From a virus: DNA of 64,000 nucleotides. Below are positions 1-9,845 of this stretch, one piece after another (the stretch's first letter is position 1; each line of letters opens with the position of its first letter). Under the pieces are notes generated by a model. That model was given only the letters and a program-made list of their open reading frames with translations. It was not told where the DNA came from and made no database searches. Location of the stretch: the IMG/VR virus record IMGVR_UViG_3300009506_003033, positions 1 to 64,000 of that record; one strand, 5' to 3'. The position numbers and the translations under genes are program-made.

Positions 1-204
1 GTGGCCAGAGTGTGCTTTGAGCAGAAAACGTGGGATGAATATTGGTTCCCCAAAGTATTCAGACGGCATCTCAGGAAACGGGAAGGGTTGATTGAGGAAT
101 TCGAGGCGGGACCGATAGTTGACCAGCAACGAGAATTTGAGAAAATCAAGCAACGTCCAGATGATGAATTCTGGAGAGGCTTGATACAGGAGGAGCGAGC
201 ATGA
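1..204 (+). CDS. C-terminal part of a probable GT2 glycosyltransferase (truncated by window edge)
   Basis: ARVCF..TW..YW and ..DDEFW resemble the C-termini of the GT2 paralogs at 1093, 5077 and 7899 (HAxxFPxxY...EFW/EQDFY). Confidence 0.4.
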   Translation: MARVCFEQKTWDEYWFPKVFRRHLRKREGLIEEFEAGPIVDQQREFEKIKQRPDDEFWRGLIQEERA

Positions 205-461
205 CACAATCTACAGAAGGTCAAGGACAGCCATTGTACCGGATACACAGGGCACTGGATCATCTTGACAAATCAATCGAGCAACTGATTACGTCGATTG
301 CCAATCAGAAGATGGCAATCGATTCCATGCGGAGCCGCATGATCGAAGAAAACCTGTCATTGAAGAAAGAACTAGAGTCTACGAAACAAGTGATAAATGG
401 CCTCGTCAGCAAGATAGACGAGATGAAGTTGCAATCACTGACCACTCATATAATCGTATGA
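201..461 (+). CDS. hypothetical coiled-coil protein
   Basis: AGGAG RBS, ATGA overlaps on both sides, heptad-like Leu/Ile pattern. Confidence 0.55.
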   Translation: MTQSTEGQGQPLYRIHRALDHLDKSIEQLITSIANQKMAIDSMRSRMIEENLSLKKELESTKQVINGLVSKIDEMKLQSLTTHIIV

Positions 462-1048
462 ACCAACATCCAAACATTGTGATCCTATGCCAGGAGCACT
501 GCAACAGCAGCATCGTGGCGAATATGCTGGCAACTGCAGGATGGAAGCGAAACGATATGGACGAGCACGGCGAGAGCCTCTCTGTGCGAGAACTGAATGG
601 ATGGATTATCAGGAACTGTGGTTCTGGATTGTTAGGATTTGAGAAAAAACAGAGAGCTGTCCTGGAAGTGCTGGAACAACCTTGGGTACTGAAGGATCCG
701 CGGTTCAGAATGACATTGCAGTACTGGGATTTTATAAGGTACACGCCGATCTTGCTCTATCTCAAGAAGGATGCCGAGAAGATACAGCAAAGCTATCATC
801 GCCGCAGCAGGCCGGAGTGGGGACGTCCATATCCGATGAGTCTGGATACCATAGCTGAGTGGGAACGGCAGTGTCGAAAACAGTATGAGATGTGGCCGAT
901 GAAGAAAATACAACTGAATGCGGAAGATATAGGATTGGCCTGCGGAATGTTTTCCGCAGAGAGAAGTGCAGGCCGAACCGATGCAATTCTTGGGAAGGAT
1001 AGTAGCGGGTTCGTATGCGGCAATGAATTTGTCGTGACGTGCATGTAG
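458..1048 (+). CDS. sulfotransferase-like protein
   Basis: degenerate PAPS loop (CQEHCNSSIVA), WVLKDPRF motif shared with the sulfotransferase at 4523 (WGIKDPRI). Confidence 0.55.
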   Translation: MNQHPNIVILCQEHCNSSIVANMLATAGWKRNDMDEHGESLSVRELNGWIIRNCGSGLLGFEKKQRAVLEVLEQPWVLKDPRFRMTLQYWDFIRYTPILLYLKKDAEKIQQSYHRRSRPEWGRPYPMSLDTIAEWERQCRKQYEMWPMKKIQLNAEDIGLACGMFSAERSAGRTDAILGKDSSGFVCGNEFVVTCM

Positions 1049-1092
1049 GAGCGAAATCATCAAAACGGTAGTCGAAGGAGCGAGTTCAAGTC

Positions 1093-2628
1093 ATGCCACC
1101 GTTAGTTAGCGTCATCAGTTGTGCCCTGAACCAAGGCGAGTGGGTACGGAGAACCGTACCGCTCATACGTCAATCACTCGGCGACTGGCCGCATGAAATC
1201 ATCATCGTCGATGACCAGAGCGTGGATGGTTGCTGCACCGGACTTGACAAGGATGTATTGATACTCCGAACCGAGACGCGATTCGGTGTCAGTGCCTCTC
1301 GTCGACTGGCAGTGAAGAATGCCAAGGGAGACATCTATCTGTTCACTGATCCTCACTGTCAATATCCGGAATTGGCATTGAGAGATTTGGTTGAACTGAC
1401 CTGCAATAAGCAGGCGATATGTCTTCCGAAGACGAAGGGCAAACCAGTCGTTCGGCATTCGAGGGCGGGCGGATTTCTGACGGAGAGCGACCGCGGGCTG
1501 AAAGTCAGCTACGCACGGCCCGGCCCGGCAGAATGGCCTGCCTTGCTGGGGACGATCTATTGCGTGCAAAAACCAATCTACGAACATCTCGGAGGTTGGC
1601 CTGAACTTCCGGGGTGTTGGGGTTACAGCGAACAGGCATTGTCGCTGATGGCTTGGTTCAGCGGGGTGCCGATATTCGTCGACGAGCGGCATATCTGCAA
1701 TCACCAGCATTATCATCCTCAGAAGCCGGACGGTGGATACATGTTCTCCTATCGGGTATCGATGGTAGATCAGTCGAACAACGGGCATTGGATACATGCA
1801 GCATTTTTCCCAGCGACCTATCACTTTCACTGGGCACCTATGCTGAAGAAAAGATTCAGGGACGCGGAGAAATACTGGAATTCTGTGAGCAGCGGATGGC
1901 GAAGCAAATTGATTCCGGGTGCCCGCATCCAGTTGATCAGCAAATTCCGCGAGGAAATCGCTGGTAGGGCGGTACGGAGTGAGCAGGACTTCTACGAGAT
2001 GGTTCTCAAGAAACCGATGCCGCGCGAAATACCGGAAGTCGACGAGGAATTCTTGAAACAACAGAGGCGACGCAGCAAACCGAAAGACTATGGCAAAGTT
2101 CAACGAAGACAGTCACGAGCTGTTGATTGGTTCATGGGTCAGATACCCGGATGCATCAAGGGCAGAAAGTTTCTCGATCTTGGTTCCAGAGATGGTTTCG
2201 TCGTCGACAAACTGACTCAGATGGGCACTAAGGAAGTGCTTGGCGTGGAGTTGGTACCAGAGACAGCAAAGCATACGAAAGAAGTACTCGGTCGCAACGT
2301 GATGCAGGGCGACATGCGGCATTTGCCATTCGAGGATGGGAAATGGCATTGCGTAACTTGCATTCATACTTTGGAACACATTCCGGATCCAGAGAATGGA
2401 ATTCGAGAGATGCTGCGAGTTTTGATGCGGGGAGGATGGTTCCTGATCGTTGTTCCCGTAGAAGGCAAACCAAACAGTGGGGCAGCACACAATTGTTGCT
2501 TTCCGGATGAGGAGTCGCTCAAACAACTAGTCGGCAAGTTCGCTGTGGACAACGTGCGGACGGAGATCAAGGGCCTATCGCCCAAACCGCAGAAAGAAAT
2601 ACTGCTCGCCGGGAGAAAAAAACGATGA
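1093..2628 (+). CDS. GT2 glycosyltransferase fused to a class I SAM-dependent methyltransferase
   Basis: N-term VSVI..ALNQ, IIIVDDQSVDG, LFTDPH; C-term FLDLGSRDG, GDMRHLPF, HTLEHIPDP, LRVLMRGG. Confidence 0.8.
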   Translation: MPPLVSVISCALNQGEWVRRTVPLIRQSLGDWPHEIIIVDDQSVDGCCTGLDKDVLILRTETRFGVSASRRLAVKNAKGDIYLFTDPHCQYPELALRDLVELTCNKQAICLPKTKGKPVVRHSRAGGFLTESDRGLKVSYARPGPAEWPALLGTIYCVQKPIYEHLGGWPELPGCWGYSEQALSLMAWFSGVPIFVDERHICNHQHYHPQKPDGGYMFSYRVSMVDQSNNGHWIHAAFFPATYHFHWAPMLKKRFRDAEKYWNSVSSGWRSKLIPGARIQLISKFREEIAGRAVRSEQDFYEMVLKKPMPREIPEVDEEFLKQQRRRSKPKDYGKVQRRQSRAVDWFMGQIPGCIKGRKFLDLGSRDGFVVDKLTQMGTKEVLGVELVPETAKHTKEVLGRNVMQGDMRHLPFEDGKWHCVTCIHTLEHIPDPENGIREMLRVLMRGGWFLIVVPVEGKPNSGAAHNCCFPDEESLKQLVGKFAVDNVRTEIKGLSPKPQKEILLAGRKKR

Positions 2629-3383
2629 GTGGTATCGTTTTGGATATATGCACCACAGCCATGCCTCGACCAGAATTGCATCGCCAGACATACAGCTCAT
2701 TTTACACGAATCTGTGTGGAGTAGATTGGGACAACTCTACGCATTACGTGAACATCGATCCTTATCCTACGGATAGTCTTGCCGACAAGTTAGAGATGGA
2801 ATCAATCAGGGATGAATGTGAACTAGTATCCAAAGGGCACTTCAAGAATTCAGTGAGCAATAGAACAGAAGTCGGAAACCAGGCGAAGGCGTGCAAATGG
2901 TGCTGGGGTCAAACCACAGCGGATTACGTGCTGAACCTGGAAGATGACTGGGTGCTTTATCAGGCAGTGAACATCAACAATATGCTGGCTTGGTTCGAGC
3001 GAGAGGATACGTTGCAGGTGGTTTTTCGCTGGAGAACGCAGCGGAGGCATAGACATTATTTGCCATACTTTGTCTTGGGCCCGTCTATAGTCAGGGGCGA
3101 ATTGCTTCGCATGTTGGCCAAGGAACTCAACGAGGTCAACAATCCGGAAATACAACTACGCAGCAGAAAAGACTTTTCTATCCCGATACCAAACTTGGAA
3201 ACACATGAACGAGAGGAACTATACAAATACTTCATCGTTCACTCGCAAGGGCGGCATGGCACAGTGGCACAAGATATCGGTTTGCCGTGGATTGCAGCAA
3301 GTAGGTTTCGCAAGCCACAATGTCTCGGCCCGCTCGATCCGAAGCGACAAAGAACAAGGAATGCAGTGTCATGGGTCCTATAG
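2625..3383 (+). CDS. GT-A fold glycosyltransferase-like protein (paralog of 7198)
   Basis: TTAMPRPELH, NIDPYP, VLNLEDDW acidic motif. Confidence 0.6.
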   Translation: MSGIVLDICTTAMPRPELHRQTYSSFYTNLCGVDWDNSTHYVNIDPYPTDSLADKLEMESIRDECELVSKGHFKNSVSNRTEVGNQAKACKWCWGQTTADYVLNLEDDWVLYQAVNINNMLAWFEREDTLQVVFRWRTQRRHRHYLPYFVLGPSIVRGELLRMLAKELNEVNNPEIQLRSRKDFSIPIPNLETHEREELYKYFIVHSQGRHGTVAQDIGLPWIAASRFRKPQCLGPLDPKRQRTRNAVSWVL

Positions 3384-3949
3384 GATTAGAGAGTAGATTT
3401 AGATTGAGTCGTAGAAATCAAGATTGCAAAGATTGCAATCTATGGCACAGCCACAACGGTTCTGCGACAGAGTACGAAGTGGCAGAATTGATCGCGGGAT
3501 TCGTCAGGGCACTGCAACCAGAACTCGTGGTCGAAACCGGAGCATACCGTGGATACACGACGGAGATGATAGGAACGGCTCTAAAACGTAATGGACATGG
3601 AAGAATAGTCGCGATAGAAAAAGACCTGAAAAGTTTCCGCTTGATGAGACGGAAGTGCAGAGGACTTCCTGTGCAAATGGAGCATGGCAGTTCGTTGGAC
3701 TGGCTGCCAAAGGACGGAGAGGAAATAGAGTTTGCGTTTTTCGATACTAACTTCCCTTTTCGCCATCAAGAATTTGAACATTTCAGGCCGTACTTCAACA
3801 AGTGGACCGTCGTCTGTTGGCATGATTCGGGTTGGCATTTCGAGAATCCCATTAGAGCATCCATTGAACAACTAGCGAAAGAGGGCATCGTGCAGCCGAT
3901 TTTCCTGCCCACTCCAAGAGGCGTATGTTTTGCAAGAGTGATCGGATGA
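3371..3949 (+). CDS. class I SAM-dependent O-methyltransferase (Methyltransf_24-like)
   Basis: LVVETGAYRGYTT, GRIVAIE, FAFFDT, VVCWHD. Confidence 0.75.
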   Translation: MGPIGLESRFRLSRRNQDCKDCNLWHSHNGSATEYEVAELIAGFVRALQPELVVETGAYRGYTTEMIGTALKRNGHGRIVAIEKDLKSFRLMRRKCRGLPVQMEHGSSLDWLPKDGEEIEFAFFDTNFPFRHQEFEHFRPYFNKWTVVCWHDSGWHFENPIRASIEQLAKEGIVQPIFLPTPRGVCFARVIG

Positions 3950-3950
3950 C

Positions 3951-4526
3951 GTGAAAGCAAGACGAGAGAGTCAAAACACGCAGAGCCTGGGCAATCCAGA
4001 CTGCAAAGATTGCGGGCTGTGGCACAGTCATGATGATGCGGCGATAGAAATTGAAGTAGCTGAATTGATAAGTGCATTCGTGAGAGCTCTTCAGCCCGAT
4101 TTGGTGATTGAGACTGGTTGTTATCGAGGACACACAACGAAACTCATCGGACGGGCATTACAGCGAAACGGTCACGGTAGACTTGTGGCCATTGATAATG
4201 AACGCAAACGAGTCAGGATCACGAGACGTAGATGTGTAGGATTGCCGGTGCAAGTGCATTGGGGCAATTCACTGGACTGGTTACCGCAAAAGGAAGAAAC
4301 CATCGAGTTTGCATTGTTCGACACGCCATTTGAACATCGACGCAGAGAATTCGAGCATTTGCATCCTTACTGCAACAAATGGACTGTGGTGTGTTGGCAT
4401 GATACGGGACTACATTTTCCCGATCCTCTGAGGCCAGATATTGAAGACATGGCAAAACAAGGATACATACAGCCACTATTCTTGCCGACACCTCGCGGCA
4501 TATGTTTTGCGAGAGTCTTGAAATGA
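3951..4526 (+). CDS. class I SAM-dependent O-methyltransferase, tandem paralog of 3371
   Basis: LVIETGCYRGHTT, FALFDT, VVCWHD; near-colinear with the upstream gene. Confidence 0.75.
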   Translation: MKARRESQNTQSLGNPDCKDCGLWHSHDDAAIEIEVAELISAFVRALQPDLVIETGCYRGHTTKLIGRALQRNGHGRLVAIDNERKRVRITRRRCVGLPVQVHWGNSLDWLPQKEETIEFALFDTPFEHRRREFEHLHPYCNKWTVVCWHDTGLHFPDPLRPDIEDMAKQGYIQPLFLPTPRGICFARVLK

Positions 4527-5080
4527 ACGGCAATTCGTTCCTTTCAGGCCCATACCTCGTCATTGGAACTGGACGATCGGGAACGAGCACGGTGGCGAGA
4601 GTAATGCACACTATGCTAAGAATCGACATGGGGGAACGGTTTGTCGAACCTGACGAAAACAATCCACTTGGATATTGGGAAGACCTGGATTTCGTAGAAC
4701 TAAACAGCAGACTGTTATCAGGAGACATCCATTTGGTTAGATTCATGAGGTTGTTGGAGTTACTGATTAGAAAAAAGAGTCAGAAGGGGGCGACTTGGGG
4801 AATCAAGGATCCGAGAATCTCTGATCTGTTGGGAATCTATCTCGTTGCAATAGATAATCCAAGGATCATTGTAGCTGCGAGATCGGCACGCATGGTCATA
4901 TACAGCATAGCTAGATGTTCCAAGATAAGTCTGAACCGAGCGTATGCTCTTTACAGGCGACGGAAATTAGCACTAGATAGGATAGTGAAGTACGTGGATT
5001 ATCTCGTGATCGGTTTTGATTCGCATGTAGAAGACCAGCAAATTGCTGACCGCATCACAGCCAAGTGGAAACCACTATGA
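4523..5080 (+). CDS. sulfotransferase family protein
   Basis: PAPS-binding loop VIGTGRSGTS, NPLGYWED, WGIKDPR. Confidence 0.75.
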   Translation: MNGNSFLSGPYLVIGTGRSGTSTVARVMHTMLRIDMGERFVEPDENNPLGYWEDLDFVELNSRLLSGDIHLVRFMRLLELLIRKKSQKGATWGIKDPRISDLLGIYLVAIDNPRIIVAARSARMVIYSIARCSKISLNRAYALYRRRKLALDRIVKYVDYLVIGFDSHVEDQQIADRITAKWKPL

Positions 5081-5931
5081 AAACATCTGTGCTCATGGCA
5101 GCCTGCAACGCCGGTTATATGCTCAAGGAAACAGTCGCATCGATTCGTCAGAGCAGCGATGACAATGCCAATGTGGAGATCGTGATCGTCGACGATTGCA
5201 GCAAAGATGGATGCTGCGATGACATAGGTGACGTGAGACTCATACATGCCGAACAGAGATTGGGTTGTTCAGGGGCGAGACATCTTGCCGGACAACATGC
5301 GACTGGAGACGTATTGATCATCAGTGATCCACATTGTTCATTTCCAGATGGCAGCATAGAGATGCTCGCTGAATCATGTTCCGTGTTCAATGGTATCGTG
5401 CAACCGCCTGTCGTTTTAGAAGGTCACGGCAGGAAACGTGCGGCGACGATGGAGATAACGAAAAGGGGATTAACAACCAAGGTGGTAACGTACTTGCCGA
5501 AATATCCCATCATGCTTGGTTCGATATATGCATTCAACCGCGATGTGTGGGATAGAACTGCGCAGTATCCAGTGCTACCGGGATGGTGGGACTGCGATGA
5601 GAACTACATTTCCAGCATCGCCTATAGAGTCGGACTTAGCGTCAAGACAGACAAGAGTATTCCGCGGTGCACGCACCGAAAGTACCGCAAGACTGGCAGA
5701 TTGCCTTTCAGTTTGCCGACGCACCATCAGGACCTCAACGCTCATTGGTTCCACGCAGTTTGCTTCCCGAGGTACTATCAAAAGATGTTCAAGGCGATGC
5801 TGGATGAGTCTGCTTCACGTACAGACACTGAAATCTACATGGATGCCGATAACTTCATGGATGCATGCGAGTTCGTGGAAAGGAATGCAGTTCGCACGGA
5901 ATTCTGGTTCATGAGGAACGTCGTCCGATGA
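5077..5931 (+). CDS. GT2 glycosyltransferase
   Basis: SVLMAACNAG, IVIVDDCSKDG, LIISDPHC. Confidence 0.75.
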   Translation: MKTSVLMAACNAGYMLKETVASIRQSSDDNANVEIVIVDDCSKDGCCDDIGDVRLIHAEQRLGCSGARHLAGQHATGDVLIISDPHCSFPDGSIEMLAESCSVFNGIVQPPVVLEGHGRKRAATMEITKRGLTTKVVTYLPKYPIMLGSIYAFNRDVWDRTAQYPVLPGWWDCDENYISSIAYRVGLSVKTDKSIPRCTHRKYRKTGRLPFSLPTHHQDLNAHWFHAVCFPRYYQKMFKAMLDESASRTDTEIYMDADNFMDACEFVERNAVRTEFWFMRNVVR

Positions 5932-6578
5932 TTCCAAAGATCATCCACAAGATATGGCTTGGGGAAAGCAAACCAGACAAGGTGGTGGAATGTGATGAAG
6001 CGATAAAAAACTTGCCGCCTGGGGTCAAGGTGTGGAATTGGAACGAAGGATTGTTGTCGAGAGATGGTAATAACTATGCAAAATCATGGTACAATCGTGG
6101 TGTGATGGCTATGGTGTCAGATCAGTTGCGGTTCTATCTGTTGCACCAATATGGTGGTGTCTACATGGATGGAGACGTGGAAGTATTAGAAAATGATTTG
6201 TGGTATTCGCTGGAGGATAGAGAAGTTCTGTGCGGTTATGCCGATAGAGCGAGCACCAGAATAGAAAGTGCAGTGATAGGGATGGCGGCTGGTCATCCAT
6301 TAGCGAGTAAGGCATACGTATTTTACGAGCGGCGACGAAAACACAAGTTCGTCAGTGCTGGTAATGTGCTGAATACCATAATGCAGGATATGTCATCAGT
6401 TCTGCCACATGACTATTTGGCCCCGATGACATGGGAGGACTACCGCGAATGCAATGGCGTTGTCGACAAGAGTAGATACGTGACTGAGAACTCGATGACG
6501 TTTCATTGGTACATGGCAAGTTGGCACGGGAAGACGGCGAAGAACAAATGGCAGAAGAAGTACGATACGCTGAATTAA
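5928..6578 (+). CDS. GT32 / DXD sugar-binding glycosyltransferase (OCH1-like)
   Basis: MIPKIIHKIWLG, SDQLRFYLLHQYGGVYMDGDVE, HWYMASW. Confidence 0.85.
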   Translation: MIPKIIHKIWLGESKPDKVVECDEAIKNLPPGVKVWNWNEGLLSRDGNNYAKSWYNRGVMAMVSDQLRFYLLHQYGGVYMDGDVEVLENDLWYSLEDREVLCGYADRASTRIESAVIGMAAGHPLASKAYVFYERRRKHKFVSAGNVLNTIMQDMSSVLPHDYLAPMTWEDYRECNGVVDKSRYVTENSMTFHWYMASWHGKTAKNKWQKKYDTLN

Positions 6579-7201
6579 CACCCGAGAAACTGCACAAGCG
6601 AATAACTGAACAGCCCATCGCTTATATTCCTCTCGGCAGCCTTGAATATCACGGAGAACATTTGCCATACGGTACCGACATTATGCAGTCCGAATGGTTT
6701 CTGTGCGAATGTGCGAAGAAGTTTGGCGGAGTGGTGCTGCCTCCATTCTTCGTGGGTCCAGGACTTGATGACGAATGCAGCTGCTACCGCATCGATCCTG
6801 ATCTATTTGACTCGCTTCTGACTACTATCGTCAGAAGACTAGTTGATTTGGGTTTCAAGGCAGTTTTCGCTGACGGACACGGCCCATCAAGGATAGCGTG
6901 GCATCAGATCGCTCGCAGAATGTCGAAAGAGACCGGATACTGCTTTCCGAGAACGGATCGCAATATCAGGAAACATATTAAGTTCATGCATGATCATGCT
7001 GGAAAGAAGGAAACGTCGACGATAATGCTAATACGTTCGGACTTGGTGGATCTTTCTACGTTGCCAGATGACACATCGAAATGGCCGCCATGCGTCACCG
7101 GTCAGGATCCGCGGACAGCGACAGTGGAATACGGAAAGGCATGCGTTCAGTTGGCAATGAATTGGTTGGAGCAACAGTTCAAAAATGGTGGTATGCTATG
7201 A
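6548..7201 (+). CDS. creatininase family amidohydrolase
   Basis: IPLGSLEYHGEHLPYGTD, DGHGP, DHAGKKETS. Confidence 0.85.
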   Translation: MAEEVRYAELTPEKLHKRITEQPIAYIPLGSLEYHGEHLPYGTDIMQSEWFLCECAKKFGGVVLPPFFVGPGLDDECSCYRIDPDLFDSLLTTIVRRLVDLGFKAVFADGHGPSRIAWHQIARRMSKETGYCFPRTDRNIRKHIKFMHDHAGKKETSTIMLIRSDLVDLSTLPDDTSKWPPCVTGQDPRTATVEYGKACVQLAMNWLEQQFKNGGML

Positions 7202-7902
7202 CACTCGATATCACCATGATTGCCATGCCTCGACCGGAACTGCATAGAAATGTGTTCAGGAGCCTCAAGAGATACATGCAAAACATAGATCACAATGGCA
7301 TCACTCTATATCTGAACGTGGACCCGTATCCGCTTGCTAACAGAAATGAGAAGATGGAGATGGAGGCTCTCCGGTCAGAAGTGATCGCCATCGCCTCATC
7401 GTATTTCCGAACGATCATCACGCTACCGTCCGTCGCGGGGAAGGCGAATGCCTGCAAGAGAGTCTGGAGAGCGACAACTGCCGACATCGTTATGCACTAT
7501 GAAGATGACTGGAGATTATTCCGGCCATTAGATATGGGAAGAGTCCGTGAATTGTTCGATGCCAACGATTGGCTTCAATGGATGTATTTGGGATCCAGTA
7601 ATCATAGAAAGAATCCGATGCGACATCGATGGATATTGATGCCGCCGTCCATATTTAGAGGTCAACTCATTCGGAAGATCGCTGCACAGCTTCACGACTT
7701 CCCAAATCCAGAAGTGCAACTCAAGCAGAGAAAAGACTGGGATCTGTTCCCGGGATACGGAACAATCCCGCTCAACGAATATGCCATACCGTGCCCGAGT
7801 CCGGGATTCAGCCGACACATGGTGATTGACATCGGCAGCAAGTGGCTGGAGCAATCAAAATTCAAGCGAATCTTTCCTTCAAACGTTTGGGGCAGACGAT
7901 GA
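7198..7902 (+). CDS. GT-A fold glycosyltransferase-like protein (paralog of 2625)
   Basis: IAMPRPELHR, NVDPYP, MHYEDDW, NPEVQL. Confidence 0.6.
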   Translation: MTLDITMIAMPRPELHRNVFRSLKRYMQNIDHNGITLYLNVDPYPLANRNEKMEMEALRSEVIAIASSYFRTIITLPSVAGKANACKRVWRATTADIVMHYEDDWRLFRPLDMGRVRELFDANDWLQWMYLGSSNHRKNPMRHRWILMPPSIFRGQLIRKIAAQLHDFPNPEVQLKQRKDWDLFPGYGTIPLNEYAIPCPSPGFSRHMVIDIGSKWLEQSKFKRIFPSNVWGRR

Positions 7903-8969
7903 AGATATCGATCATTTACGCGGCGTGCAATCAAGGCAAATTACTGCAAGAGACGGTGGACAGTGCCATCGTCGGATTGTCTGGTTGCCGAGATTGGGAG
8001 ATCATAGTCGTCGATGACAAAAGCGACGATGGTTGCTGCGAATTCTTGTTAGTTGACCGCGACAAACAAAAATATCCTCTCGACAGAATCAAACTGTTTC
8101 AGCCAGAAGAGAAATTGGGAGTAAGTCATGCGAGACACTTCGCGGCCGAACAGACGACTGGCGACGTCATCGTCACTTCGGACACGCATTGTGAATACCC
8201 GAGGCGCAGTCTATGGCGCATGGCTCATTGGGCAGCTAGACTGCGAGCAATCATCGTACCGCCAGTCAATCTGTTGTCTTTGGATCGCAAGAGAAATCAT
8301 CGAACGGAAGGCGGAGGTTTTGAGATCAGCCCAAGGGGCTTGCGAGTTGTCAGGCCACCGAGAGCGAGAACCTGGCCGAGTATGTATGGTAGCATCTACC
8401 TAATGCGAAGGGATGTGTGGGATTTCTTAGGTGGTTGGCTGCGTCTGCCAGGATATTGGGGCGGGGAGGAACAGATGGTGAGCACGGTAGCGTATCTGTT
8501 TGGAGTTCCCATCAAAGTATTGTCCGGCGATGCACTCTCGCATCACACATGCACTCATAAGCAATACCGCGAGAAGGCAAAATATCCCTATCCGCTTCCT
8601 CCCCATCATCAGGCAGAGATAGCTCATTACTATCATGCCGCATGCTTTCCTCAGACGTATGCTGAAATCTGGGGCCCCATGCTTGTCAGGACCTATAACT
8701 ATGACATGCCAGACGTCACCAGAGATGGAGCAGCGGCATTGGCGACGTGGATAAGAGAGAGAGCCGTCTGGGACGAGCATCGATTCTTCAAGACTGTGTT
8801 GGGTATCGACAACATCAAAGAGCACGTGTTGATCAAACATTCATTGGAGCGCATGCATGAGTCTGGAAAACAAATTGCATCTAGCAGTGATAACGAGCCC
8901 GGCCCCGTGGCATCCGTCGACGGAGATAATCCAGAAGACGTTGAAGAGCACGTGGCAGCTGCTGGGTGA
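7899..8969 (+). CDS. GT2 glycosyltransferase
   Basis: ISIIYAACNQG, IIVVDDKSDDG, VTSDTHC, LPGYWGGEE. Confidence 0.75.
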   Translation: MKISIIYAACNQGKLLQETVDSAIVGLSGCRDWEIIVVDDKSDDGCCEFLLVDRDKQKYPLDRIKLFQPEEKLGVSHARHFAAEQTTGDVIVTSDTHCEYPRRSLWRMAHWAARLRAIIVPPVNLLSLDRKRNHRTEGGGFEISPRGLRVVRPPRARTWPSMYGSIYLMRRDVWDFLGGWLRLPGYWGGEEQMVSTVAYLFGVPIKVLSGDALSHHTCTHKQYREKAKYPYPLPPHHQAEIAHYYHAACFPQTYAEIWGPMLVRTYNYDMPDVTRDGAAALATWIRERAVWDEHRFFKTVLGIDNIKEHVLIKHSLERMHESGKQIASSSDNEPGPVASVDGDNPEDVEEHVAAAG

Positions 8970-9639
8970 ACAATTGAAGCCAACGTTCTACTGCGATTAC
9001 CCATCACCCTGGATTAGCAATAGTGACGATTATTGGACCTATGTTGAGCTATTGAGAGATATAGGGCACGTGGTTGAACAACCATTTTGGAAAGGAATCT
9101 CCGGTCAATACAAGACCTTGATAGAGTGGTGCGACAAACCGCTAATATTGAATGTGCAGCATGACTGGGAATTTGTGGATCCCGCCAGAGTTCTCATTTT
9201 GGCACTCGCGAATCTGATGATGCAAGGCAAGATCGGCATCGTGCGATTCCACAAACGAAGTCTACCGCAACCAAAGAAATATGTCGATAGGCAATATTAC
9301 GAATTGATTCCAGATCAATATCACGATGTGCCGTTGATCTCAACAGACGGATGGGGCGACAGTCCACACATCGCCACTCTCACTCATTACAAGAACAAGG
9401 TACTGCCGAACCTGTCAGATGATTACCAGAGAGATTACGGTAGATACGGAGTGGAAGGACCGGTGTGGAGACAATATCAGAAAGACATCAAGGCAAAAGG
9501 CTTCGCTGCGGCATGGTGCGATTGGCTGAGTTGCATCTATGGCCGCTTCGGAGATGGCAAATATGTACGGCACCTTGGCGGCGATGCAACGAATTGGCGA
9601 AAAGAATTAGTCGGTGGGACTGGGGGAAGAAATCCATGA
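8857..9639 (+). CDS. GT-A fold glycosyltransferase-like protein
   Basis: AVITSPAPWHPST, LNVQHDWEF, YVRHLGG; operon context. Confidence 0.5.
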   Translation: MSLENKLHLAVITSPAPWHPSTEIIQKTLKSTWQLLGEQLKPTFYCDYPSPWISNSDDYWTYVELLRDIGHVVEQPFWKGISGQYKTLIEWCDKPLILNVQHDWEFVDPARVLILALANLMMQGKIGIVRFHKRSLPQPKKYVDRQYYELIPDQYHDVPLISTDGWGDSPHIATLTHYKNKVLPNLSDDYQRDYGRYGVEGPVWRQYQKDIKAKGFAAAWCDWLSCIYGRFGDGKYVRHLGGDATNWRKELVGGTGGRNP

Positions 9640-9845
9640 AGTCTCCGAGCGATACAGATGAATCATTCACAATTGCCGCGACCGAGTACCACTGTAAAGC
9701 ATGCAAGAAAATGACTTGTTGGGATATCTTTGGAGTCGAGTCAGACATCGAAATATGTTGCGAATGCGGGGCAATGAGAGCAATCAATCCGATTCCATAC
9801 GACGATCTGCGCCGGGAGCTGGGGCTAAATGAAGCGTCCAATTGA
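9636..9845 (+). CDS. small Zn-ribbon protein
   Basis: CKAC...CCECG; start overlaps the upstream stop. Confidence 0.45.
   Translation: MKSPSDTDESFTIAATEYHCKACKKMTCWDIFGVESDIEICCECGAMRAINPIPYDDLRRELGLNEASN

Noticed and set aside
1174-2103. Long antisense ORFs (also 39689-40588, 54508-55182, 52915-53508)
   Set aside because: Shadow frames opposite well-supported genes, with no motifs or RBS.
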